A program made the translations under genes and the position numbers. A model generated the notes under the pieces. It worked only from the letters and a program-made list of their open reading frames with translations, ran no database searches and was not told the DNA's origin. DNA of 64,000 bases from Azolla caroliniana (Eukaryota; Plantae; Polypodiophyta): NCBI GenBank assembly GCA_043228905.1, contig JBHGNT010000006.1, positions 16,058,001-16,122,000 of the forward strand, given 5' to 3'. How positions within the stretch are numbered: position 1 is the first letter of the stretch; each line of letters opens with the position of its first letter. Shown here piece by piece: positions 12,095-22,256 of this stretch.

Positions 12095-13631
12095 TGGCAC
12101 ATGCACATATGCAATGCCACCAAATACCCGAAGGTGTGCCAAGTTCAGGTTTTGCTCGAAATATAGTTCATGCAACACACCTTCGTCCCTGAGGCAGAAA
12201 TCCAGTTCTGAATCGCTTCGGCCCAATAAATCTGGGGCATGCTCTTCTCCTCTAGCATTGCCCTCGCTGCTTCTACTAATGTCCAATTCTGATATTCGGC
12301 CACGCCATTTTGCCTTGACGTGTATCTATAGGAGAACTCTCATCGGATTCCCTGGGACTGTAGATAACTTGTGAATTGGCAGGAAAAATACTCTTTTCCG
12401 CCATCCGATCTCAGACACTTGATCTTCCTTTCGGTTTCTCGTTCTACATGAGTCTTTTAGTCTCGGAAGCACCAGAAGACTTCGCTTTTCTTCTCGATCA
12501 AATAGATCCAAGTGTGATGGCTGAAATCATCGATGAAGGAGACAAAATATCGACTCTCGCCAATTCTCACATTTTGTGTCAGTCCCCACACATCTGAATG
12601 GATGAGATCGATCCAATTCTGACTCCGATTCTTCTCATTGGGGAACAGACACCTATGTTGCTTTTCGAGCTGGCAAGCATCACAAATTTGGCCTTTCTGG
12701 CCACTAAACTTTAGCAGTCCGGAAATCACATGTTTCGACTACATCTCTTGAAGCTTTCGGATGTTGATGTGACCGATCCTCTTATGCCACAGGTCGATGT
12801 CCGACTTGACATTCTGTCCTTTCGCGAACATAGCGGTGCCTACATTATTAGTTTCAAGGATGAACATTCTTCCATCCCGGCGCCCTTGCGCGATTATCCG
12901 GCCTTCCTCCTCGATGAAGCATCTGTGGTGAGTAAATCAGACCTGCATTCCTTGATCCACAATCTGACCAACCGACACCAAGTTCTTGGTGATCGTCAAA
13001 ACATGCAGGACGTTCCTCATTATTCCCTTCTGGATGACATGGCTCAAAGGGACATCTCCGATATACTCGATGGGATGTGGGGTGTCATCTCTAGTTTTGA
13101 CCACTCCCAATTTCTTCGACTTCTCAACAAAGGAGAATCACTCTTTGTGGTTCATCATGTGGTTTGAAGCTCCGGAGTCCACATACCAAACTTCTTCCGA
13201 ATTTGAGTCGGATGCAGCCATTTAGTTGGCCTTATGCTACATTACGAGGGCCAGTCCTGACCTGGCTCCCTCCGAACTTCCAACAAAGTGTGATCAGTGA
13301 TGCCTATCTGCGTCCCTTCGACCCGATCCAACTTTTTCCAAATCGGCCCTTTTTTTCTAGCACACGCTTTGTGTGTGTCCCTTTTGGCCCGAATACCAGG
13401 ATTCCGTGTCGGCCTTTCCGGAGCTGTTTTGATTCCCCTTGTTTCCGGAGGGTCCGGAATTGCTGTCGACACCATCTTTGTGCTCCAATCTACTCTTGTC
13501 GGCCACCTGCATTATGCACCGATCCGCCTTGATCACCACGTCCACGGGGCCTCTCTGCCTATGTGTACAAAATTTTGTTGTCATTGTGCCTACTCGTGCA
13601 TGCACCCACGTGGTTCTCCTCTACAAGGAGC

Positions 13632-14057
13632 TGTCAAGATTCGAACTCTTGACATGACCATGTTATAATCGAGTGTTATGTGTTAGCCATAGATCTAGCA
13701 TATAATCAGGTATATACTTCCTCATTGTAGGTTTTAGCTAGGATCATGTGCATAATTTCTCCCTTGTATTATTTACACTTGGCACATGCATGTGTACCTA
13801 TTGCCTACATGCTCTATTGTATCACATGCGTGCAACAGGTATGCATGCCACTTAGTATAAATAGTTGAGTTCACCTTGAAGGAATTCAAGGTGAACAATG
13901 CCAGTCATGGACATATCAATCTAGTATTCTCGTTTCGCCCATCTTCTCTCCTTAATCTTCATCTCTATCTTTATGTTCTTGTGTCATTCCATCATCGCTC
14001 CGTCGTAGCCTCATCATCCGTGCTCCGTCTTAGTCCGCACTTGGTGTGTCTGTGACG
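13632..14057 (+). mobile_element. Solo LTR (426 bp) with 5-bp TSD
   Basis: TGTCA...TGACG flanked by GGAGC at 13627-13631 and 14058-14062. Removing it restores the gag peptide SML-VEENH seen in the homologous copia at ~54530. TATAAATA near 13857. Confidence 0.88.
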
Positions 14058-14670
14058 GGAGCATGGATTGTATGTCGAAAAACAAGGGTGTATTCTCCCT
14101 TGTACAAACCATTGTTCAGAATGCTCTGAACTTCGACACCAAGGCCCCTGAGACAAACATGCACCATCTCATTCTCCTCAACGATCATGTGGACGGAGGC
14201 AAGGAAGTCGCCGATCTCTTTAATCCGGCCCGTGTCATCGGCCACCGACATGTCTTTCTGTTGGACGTTGCTCAACTCCCGTCGGAGTTGGAGTTTCTGG
14301 CCGTGGTGCTTGCGGCGAAGACCTTCTTGAGGTTTCCACAAGCTTCCTTTGGCATCTTAGCGTCCTGAATATGGCTAAGCAGTTGATCGTCGACAATGAA
14401 TGCAAAGCAATACATCACCCTGCTTGCCACCTGTTCCCAAACCGGAAAGTCTTGTACAACCAAGATGCGTAGTTGGTTCTATCGAGCTTCTCCGTCAGAA
14501 CCGAGCTAGCCATTCCTGTGTCCATTCTTTCCTTCTTATTCTTTACCAGGTGTTAGGGGTTCCTCTAAGGAAATCGCTTGTCGACAGCAAAGGTTCTCAC
14601 TCCTCGCGCTCTAATACCATGTAAAAGTGAAGTGCGGAAGCGTAGACAAAACCGGTTGAACCGGATAACA

Positions 14671-14707
14671 AACACCGGGTCATTTGAAACAGGTAATATG
14701 TCGCATT
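14671..14707 (+). repeat. Left TIR
   Basis: AACACCGGGTCATTTGAAACAGGTAATATGTCGCATT. Confidence 0.93.
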
Positions 14708-14997
14708 ATGAGAACACTACGTCGAAAAAGGGCACAAAAGCACGCAGTTTTCAAAAAGACACGACGCATGTGTAAAGCTTTTCAGAAAAGGTGGCAAAAT
14801 ATATTGAATTTCAACATGACTACCACTTTGAGTCATAAGTAAAATGCCTCCAAAAATACATCACCAAAATTACAAAATAATGTACAACATGTCTACCAGT
14901 TACAATTATACATATTCGTGAGTTTACATCCAAAACAAATTTACAAAGTTTCCGATCATGTAGTAAAACAATCCCCAACTTGAACCAAACCAATATA

Positions 14998-17667
14998 TTA
15001 AGACATGTCTGATGGACTAGAAGAGCCTTCTGACGTCTCATCCTCATCATCAGTGGCAATCAAAGCATTATCCTCATCCAATTCCAACCCAACATCTTTG
15101 TGGTTATGAGAATTGCTTCTGGTTATTCTCTGTATTTCGTTTGACACCATGTTTGGGATTTTCTCCTTTATTATCTTGATAGTTGCTTGTCTTAGATGAC
15201 CTGATTTTGTCAATGAGAAGTCATATACTAGTATGTCAACACGGTCTAGTGCGAGAGTAGCCGTGCTCGGTATATTCTTTCTTCTTCTCTTTCTGCTTGA
15301 ACATCCAACATCCTTAAACATCTCTAAAGAATACTTTCCTGTAAATGCATCAGTTGAATTTGTCTGATACCAATGGACTACTATTGACTTTGTCTGACTA
15401 CTTTCTTCATCCCTTACTAATTCAATAATTTTTGCAATCCAAAATGGATGGCCCAAGGTATCGTCCCCTGCTAATGTTACAACCAACATTCCCACTTGTA
15501 GTTCTTGCAAATTACCTTGCCATCTTGCCTCAACAGTACGTGACTTTCTTGGTCCCACATAAATATCTCTTTGCAGTGGCCGAACTAAAGCATGAAGCTC
15601 CATATTATTCGATTGTTGGTGATGAGTCTGAGATATCGTTGATGTCATCCCAATGTTCCATGTGAATGGGATACGGATTGGCCATAAACCGGCGATGTAA
15701 TTATCTAAAATGGTGCGTTGATGGGTGAAGAAAATCTCCCACCATTCAACATCCTCATCACCGGCATACTTCTTAGTCCGATCAATATTATTTTGTTTCT
15801 CTGCTAGACATCTCAACCAATATGCCCTTTGTTCATCAATAGTACTATTTGGTGCTACATTTTTACGATCATCATATGGCATTTGTTGTGCACCATGTAG
15901 AGGTTCATCTGGGATATGAAGGAGCGTACAACCTTCTTGGGGCTCCCATTGTGCACTAGATGAGTATTGTTTCGCAAACAACACCGTCATCTTCAGGTGG
16001 GCCGATCTTTGTTTTATGAGGAAGACATGGTTGAAACTTATATTATTAAGAGGTGCAAGCACCCTACCTTTAGTCCTGTCACTATCCATGCAGAAACGTT
16101 TAAAGTCGTATACTTCTTCCAAGTGTTGTACTTCAGGCTTTGGTGTATGTGCTTCACTAATCAATTTGGATAGCGTGGGAAGTGTGAAAGCATTACAGCG
16201 AGCAAGTTTCTTTGAGAACCTACTGAACATTTGATCTATGTGATCATGGGTATGACCAACCAACAAGAAGTTAACCTTTATCTTTTTAAATATGCCCCTC
16301 TCTACTAGCATGCTTAGATAGCTGAAGACAGTTGAGTTCTTATTCTCTCTTGCTGTGTTGTCTAGTTGCACATATAGAACTGGCGGGAGTATACTTGACC
16401 ATGATTGCAATACCTTGTGCATGACAGTGACAGTAAGATTAGGGTCGTTGTGGATATTGGGATAAGTTAAGAACACTTGCGGTCTTATAGTTTGACAGTA
16501 TGTCAAACAACCCCCTAGATGCATTTGCACGAGACACTCATCTCCAATATCCTTGGGGAGTCTTTGAAAATGCGGCAAACAAGTTTTCTTTTGATCCATG
16601 CCGTCAATAATCATGCACATATACTTTTCGGGAGATTGAAACGCTTTTTGTCGGTGATGCATAGCCTTAGTATGTTCCAATGCCAGACTTTCACGATGTT
16701 CTTTTAACAGGTTCTTGTAATTCTTGATCTCTACATCTGATTTTCCACCCTTGGCCATACTTTTTAAACTCGCACATATTGAGCAGACTCCCATTCGCAC
16801 CTTTCGTGGGATAACCACGTTATTAAATTGTAACCTCCATAGTCGATTAAAATGCATGTACTGTATGTAAGGCTCAACATCGGAAGACATGTCGTCCTTG
16901 TACGATTGGTAAACTTCCCTTCGAGTAAAGTTATCTGACAAATGAAGTCTTCCTGTCGTTGGCATAACTTCGCACTGTTTTGAAAAATATACCTCCATCC
17001 ACCTAATTGCCTGTTGCCCAATTTGACCCTTACATCCAGAACCATTTTGATCGAACTGTACCCAGGAGCCCTTCAGAAGTCGCTCTTGAACTCGTTGCAG
17101 CCGCATATTTCCAATGCTATGAGTGATTTTAAAAGCTGCTCGACAACACTTGGTATATAGTCCAAGGAAATATTCAACTTGCGTTGAATTAGGCCCTGCT
17201 TTGTGATCCAATTTAAGTTGCATATGCGCAAGAAGAAATGTATCTTGCTCTTCCCCATTAAGCGACAAGTATTTTTGTCGTGTTTCACGTAACCTTGACT
17301 TTCCATAAGTTGATAGACAGAGATTCGCACAACACGATTTGTTCAAGTCGCATAGAAGTTGACGATCAGAACATAAGAAATTAAATCTCTTTTCACTAAC
17401 TTGTCGAGGAACTCTTTTAAATGCTAGAGGTATAGTAATGCTATTGTTATCTATCGACGAAGAATCGTCCACTTGTAAGCTTGCATGAAGAGGGCCATCA
17501 ACAGGATCAATTGAAAACAGAGAATTCGAAGTACTAGGAGCCACACTTTTCTGTTTAAGCCGCGAATGTTTTTTGTGGTCGTACTCTTCTATTGAGAAAT
17601 ACGAGTTATCTGACAATGAAAAGGGGGCAATAGAAAAAAGAGATGTTCTACTTGTAGAAGAAGACAT
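14998..17667 (-). CDS. Sola-like (DUF7869-type) DDD transposase, 889 aa, with Cys-rich N-terminal region and BAH-like C-terminal domain
   Basis: Uninterrupted ORF. Catalytic-type motifs IIDGMDQKK, YVQLDNTARENKN and FLLVGHTHDHIDQMFS; CxxC (CSIC) upstream; lies within the TIRs. Confidence 0.85.
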   Translation of the reverse strand: MSSSTSRTSLFSIAPFSLSDNSYFSIEEYDHKKHSRLKQKSVAPSTSNSLFSIDPVDGPLHASLQVDDSSSIDNNSITIPLAFKRVPRQVSEKRFNFLCSDRQLLCDLNKSCCANLCLSTYGKSRLRETRQKYLSLNGEEQDTFLLAHMQLKLDHKAGPNSTQVEYFLGLYTKCCRAAFKITHSIGNMRLQRVQERLLKGSWVQFDQNGSGCKGQIGQQAIRWMEVYFSKQCEVMPTTGRLHLSDNFTRREVYQSYKDDMSSDVEPYIQYMHFNRLWRLQFNNVVIPRKVRMGVCSICASLKSMAKGGKSDVEIKNYKNLLKEHRESLALEHTKAMHHRQKAFQSPEKYMCMIIDGMDQKKTCLPHFQRLPKDIGDECLVQMHLGGCLTYCQTIRPQVFLTYPNIHNDPNLTVTVMHKVLQSWSSILPPVLYVQLDNTARENKNSTVFSYLSMLVERGIFKKIKVNFLLVGHTHDHIDQMFSRFSKKLARCNAFTLPTLSKLISEAHTPKPEVQHLEEVYDFKRFCMDSDRTKGRVLAPLNNISFNHVFLIKQRSAHLKMTVLFAKQYSSSAQWEPQEGCTLLHIPDEPLHGAQQMPYDDRKNVAPNSTIDEQRAYWLRCLAEKQNNIDRTKKYAGDEDVEWWEIFFTHQRTILDNYIAGLWPIRIPFTWNIGMTSTISQTHHQQSNNMELHALVRPLQRDIYVGPRKSRTVEARWQGNLQELQVGMLVVTLAGDDTLGHPFWIAKIIELVRDEESSQTKSIVVHWYQTNSTDAFTGKYSLEMFKDVGCSSRKRRRKNIPSTATLALDRVDILVYDFSLTKSGHLRQATIKIIKEKIPNMVSNEIQRITRSNSHNHKDVGLELDEDNALIATDDEDETSEGSSSPSDMS

Positions 17668-17964
17668 TTGAGGGAGTCTAACTGTATTCTAAAACCTTCT
17701 TTTGAGAAAATTAAGGAATGCTGAAGCCTAACTATATAACTACCCGAACACTTAGATTAACTATATTATTTTCCGAAATTTTCCTAAAAAACAAATAATT
17801 AAAAATTATTTTTTATTTTAAAAATAATGCTAAAGTCTTCTATATAAGGAGGTTAGAAATTTCATTTTCATTATCACGTGAAAGAATCCATCGAGCTCAG
17901 AGCACAGGCCAATTTTCGAGCACTCAGAAGCACATCGTGGATAGCACTACCTCCGGCACGAACC
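17668..17964. promoter_or_regulatory. Putative bidirectional promoter between the transposase and MTase genes
   Basis: ~300-bp AT-rich spacer between head-to-head ATGs, with TATA-like boxes at ~17733-17739 and 17841-17847. Confidence 0.5.
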
Positions 17965-20900
17965 ATGAACAAGGGAAAGAAAATCGTCAGGTTAGTAATA
18001 TTCATTACATTTTTTAAGATTCCTAAAGATTCCTTAAAGATTCCTTTCCTCAACACATAGAAATTTTATTTTATTTTGTACAACGAACTTGGAAAGCAAT
18101 TCTGAAAGCCAGGACCTTCAACCGAAATCCGAGTGCATCGGATTTCGGTTGAAAAAATGTTGTTTTTGCGATAAAAAACTATCGCATGGGACCATAAAAT
18201 TGACGTAATTTAAATGATAATTTGCGTGATTTAGATGAAATTGTACATTGTTTCTATGTTTTCACCAACGTTTTTAATTTCAGTGAACCCAGACAAAAAG
18301 TTCCTTCATTTAGATTGAAGATTCGATCTCCGACAAAACGAGATTCTAGCTCCTTCATGAAGGACACGAGTAAAAAGAATTTATTTGACTCAACGGGGGA
18401 AGGAGGATCCAAGTCATCTGTGGCTACTACCAAAATCAACAAAGGTAGTACGCAAGAGGAGAAAACGGTTGAGGTGAAATATAAGGATTACCCCGAACTT
18501 GAATGGTGTCTCTCTTATGTCGAGGAGGATGGGGTGTTGTTATTGATAACGGCAAAATCGGACGGGGAAGGGAAACTTCAGCTTGGAAAAACATTTAATT
18601 ACGGGCATGTAACCAAGCTAGAGTACGAAGACATTGATTCTACATGTATTTTAATCGACGTCTCGAGCTCAGTTGGCGACAGGCGATTGCGACTTGATGA
18701 GGGAAACCTAGTACCCAAATCTTGCAATCCCAAGGTTTTGCGTAAAGACCTGCAAACGAAAAATAACTTGTCGGTAGCTCTTCGTCCGTACGTGACAGGA
18801 GAGATGATGACCGGTGAAGCAGAAACTCCACCGAAAAAGTCTAGGAAGACAAATCATGTTCAAAAGAAATATACTAAACGACCACGACCCGAAGAAGAAG
18901 AAGAAGAAATATTAGAGTTCGTGGAAGAAGAAGACGACCAACAAGTCGACGTCGTGGCTCCAGGCGAACAATTATCTTCTGGTGTCCTGACGTCAGAACA
19001 AAATAAAATAAGAGAAAATATTGTGAAGACTAAACTTGTGCGCAGGGGCCAGCTATTTCATTTGCCCATTACTTCTATCCAAAGGCCCCCCATTGACCCC
19101 GTGACTGGAAGACGTCCCTTGGAAATTAGGGAGCCACACTCCGTCCATGTCCAAAACCTGAAAAGCAAAATGAAAATCAATCCTCACGCTACTGTGGTGC
19201 CATTTTTGGTAATGGTTGATCAAGAACAATGCCCAACAGTAGCAGATTTCAAGTATAGCTCTGCAGACGATTACACATACTATGTAATCGAAGGATCACA
19301 TTCGGCCGAAGCTCAACGACAGCTTGTCAAAGAATATCCTCTCACGCCGTTCTTCAAATACGCCGAATGTAAGGTATATGCAGGACTAACTCACGAGGAG
19401 GTGAAGCTGCTCGCATGGGACCATAACAATGACAACGATTATAGGCAAAAGATGTCATGTATAGAGAGGATAAGATTTTTTCATCATGAATACCTCGATG
19501 CCTTGAATCGTTTTGGTCCAAGATTGTGGCCTGGATTGCGACGTCAGTGTTTATTGGAAGTAGGGATTGCAGTGGATGAGAGTACGAAATCCGAAGGTCT
19601 CCGAAAATATGATTCTTGGTTTCAACTAGCTTTTAGGACCGGAGAGGTGTGGGATCTCCAAGACAAAATATTCTCTATGTGGGAGCGGAAAGAAGTCAAG
19701 GGGCAAAGATCAAAAAAGGGAAGAATTGATCCACAAGTTGAGATGAAATCAAAGACCAAGGGAAAAAACAATTTGGTAATCGAGGAGTTACCAGAGGACA
19801 TGAAACTTTTACCTTGGAGATCATTACAAGGTATCAAAGATGATAGATTGTTAATATCCGTGCTATCTCGAGTGGTCGCCAAGGAATTTAGTTTGGACGA
19901 GATGGTAACAGACTTGCAAAAGTAAGTGTTTATAGTATACCTTTTCATGAAAGTCTTCAATTATTTTGAATATCTTATTTCTAATTTCATATTGATTGTG
20001 CAGTCACAAGGTATACATGAAGATTCAAGAGTTGATGATGCGAAAACTGAGTTTACCGACATGGGAAGAAGTTGAACAAGCCTGCCCGATAACTTCTTCC
20101 TACAAGGCATTGGAGGAATATTTTATTGTATTTAGAGAATGGGTATGTGTCTTTTGAATGTTGATATGTTAGAAAGTAATGTTCCCTGCTAACAACAATG
20201 ACACTTGCAGAAACTATCAAAATCGAAAAAGAACAACGACAATAATGACGGTATTCCAGCGGTCTTCATCACGCACTTAGAACGTGCGAAATATGAGAAG
20301 AGAATGACCAAAGGGAAGGAAATGGAACTGCCCGAGGATTCAGAGACTGTAAAGAGTTTTTTGCATAGGTCTGATCCTTTCAAACAGCTTCATTATAGTG
20401 TTTTCAATGGTGAAGTATCCCAGATGCTCGAACTATTGCCGAGAAGGCACTACACTTTGCTGATAGCTGACATACCATATGGTTTCTGTATTGCGGGATC
20501 AACATATGATGTTGTGCCTTTCAAGTATCCTCAGATCGAGAAAATGGTAAAGGATTTCGCAGAACTGACATTGGCCCCCTTGTGGAGGATAGTCATATTT
20601 CATAGCATGGGGCAATCACTGTCAGTCACAACAGCTTTGAAGTCCCGTTGTCATGCCACTGAACACATGCATTGGTGCGTTATAGTTCGCTTTTACTCAT
20701 TACAGTACTTCTTATTATATGTACACATTTACACCTCTAATACTTGATTTTCTTTCTCTATAGGATCAAAACAAATATTACACGTAGCCCTGGCGATCGA
20801 ATGGTTAGTGCGGTCGAACATTTTTGTGTGGGCTACTATGATTCAATTACAAAGAAGAAGGCTAGAGCACATGTCAATGAGCGTAACGTGGTTAACTACA

Positions 20901-21493
20901 TCATGTGCCCAGCTGTAACCAAAAAATTAAGACATGTGTCAGGGGATAAAAGTATGGTGAACCCTTATCAAAAACCTCAAAGATTGATCAACCGCCTCAT
21001 AGAGCTCTTCTCGAATCCAGATGATTGGGTCCTAGACTTGTTCTCTAGCACAGGTATAATATATATATTTAATTTCAATCTTGTCTATCAAGTTTAAGAC
21101 GTTACTTCTTATATATACTTGTTTGTGTTCATGCGACCATTAGGTACAACGACAGCTTGTGCATTGAAGATGTTTAGAAACTGTGTTGCATTGGAGAAGG
21201 ACCCTGCTCAAGTTAACTTCATCAAAATGAGGATCACAGGAATCTGGGACTGTCCAGATTAGGATCAAGAAGTCGAAGCAAAACACATCAACGAGACAGA
21301 GATGTTCCAGATGACTTCACGAGAACCAATGGAACCAATTGATGAAGAAGCAGGGGAGCTGGTGGACCTGGAAGATGTAGCACAGTTTGACCATACCTCA
21401 GATTCGGGAGAGCTTGGAGATGACACGAATGAAAACAGTCTAGAACAATCAGCGCCAGAGGAGCCTGCTCTGCCTGATTTGCTTATAGATTGA
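17965..21493 (+). CDS. Six-exon ParB-like domain + beta-class N6-adenine/N4-cytosine DNA methyltransferase (exons 17965-17990, 18284-19921, 20004-20142, 20211-20674, 20764-21053, 21144-21493; in-frame TAG at 21260-21262)
   Basis: All five introns are GT-AG and join in frame (891 aa to the TAG, 968 aa with read-through). ParB-like segment ~19056-19430 (YYVIEGSHSAEA...EEVKLLAWDHN). MTase motif IV LLIADIPYG, WIKTN...EHF, NPYQKPQRLINRLIELFSNPDDWVLDLFSSTGTT (motif X/I), then RNCVALEKD. Confidence 0.88.
18117..18153. repeat. Perfect 16-bp inverted repeat in intron 1 of the MTase gene
   Basis: TTCAACCGAAATCCGA-gtgca-TCGGATTTCGGTTGAA. Confidence 0.9.
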
Positions 21494-22219
21494 TGTAGAT
21501 GGCGTAATGTAAAAATTGAGGATTTTGAGGCATAATGTTCACCATCACTTCATATTATATTTGTATATGAGAACATCTGTAATTGTTTATCGTTTAATTA
21601 AATTCACCTGTTCATAATTTCCCTTTTTAATCATTATTGGAACCGTTGTTTGTATTTACATATAATTGGTCACCATGCTCTTCTTCAGTTTGAGATATTA
21701 ACATGATATTGTAATCTCTTATTTCCGTTAGCATGACTGTATATGAAAAGGTGAATGTTTTTGATAATAAGAGGTTTTTAGTTACCTACGGTTCAAGTCT
21801 ACTGGTTCCACATAGTATAAATGAATGTCGTACGTAATTGTTACTCTTACCAATTACATTGTCATGAACTATATGACATTATACAATGAAACTATCGATA
21901 TACCCGTCCAACAAGTGGGGTACTACTTTATTCCTAAACCCAAAACCACATATTTATAATTACGGTTTATGTAGTTTTACTCTACAATTTGAATATGGAT
22001 ACCAATTTTAGAACTTTATATTGGACCAAGTCTTCAATTGTGCTCCATGATATGCAAATTGACACGAATGTGGACACATATACAATTTAGTAATTGCTAG
22101 GTTTTTTTTGTTCTATATTTAACCATCAAGTCGCAAAAGGGGTACGCATGCATCGTATATTTTCGATATCAGGCTAAAATAGGGTACTTTTCTACATCTG
22201 GCCAACTATGCCAAAAGAG

Positions 22220-22256
22220 AATACGACATATTACCTATTTCAAATGACCCGGTGTT
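22220..22256 (-). repeat. Right TIR
   Basis: Reverse complement reads AACACCGGGTCATTTGAAATAGGTAATATGTCGTATT; two C/T mismatches to the left TIR. Confidence 0.93.

Larger units (their letters stand above)
14671..22256. mobile_element. Complete TIR DNA transposon (Sola-like DDD transposase) carrying a ParB-DNA methyltransferase cargo gene
   Basis: 37-bp TIRs (35/37 identical) and TAACA duplicated at 14666-14670 and 22257-22261. Excision restores a copia LTR collinear with ~56630-56650. Two divergent genes inside. Confidence 0.93.

Noticed and set aside
12730-13668. Plus-strand ORFs of 120-145 aa over copia C (and similar ones over the gypsy elements)
   Set aside because: Antisense shadows of retroelement coding sequence with no recognisable motifs.
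17870-17885. ATTATCACGTGAAAGA resembles bacterial parS (TGTTTCACGTGAAACA) near the ParB-like gene
   Set aside because: Only 12/16 match, and the core is a common plant G-box; no HTH specificity evidence. Likely chance.
18222-19925. Stand-alone 567-aa protein starting at 18222
   Set aside because: It starts at TTG in intron-like sequence; better explained as exon 2 (18284-19921) of the spliced gene.
17965-21493. Bacterial contamination or prophage as the source of the MTase
   Set aside because: The gene has five spliceosomal introns and lies within TIRs inserted in a plant copia LTR.
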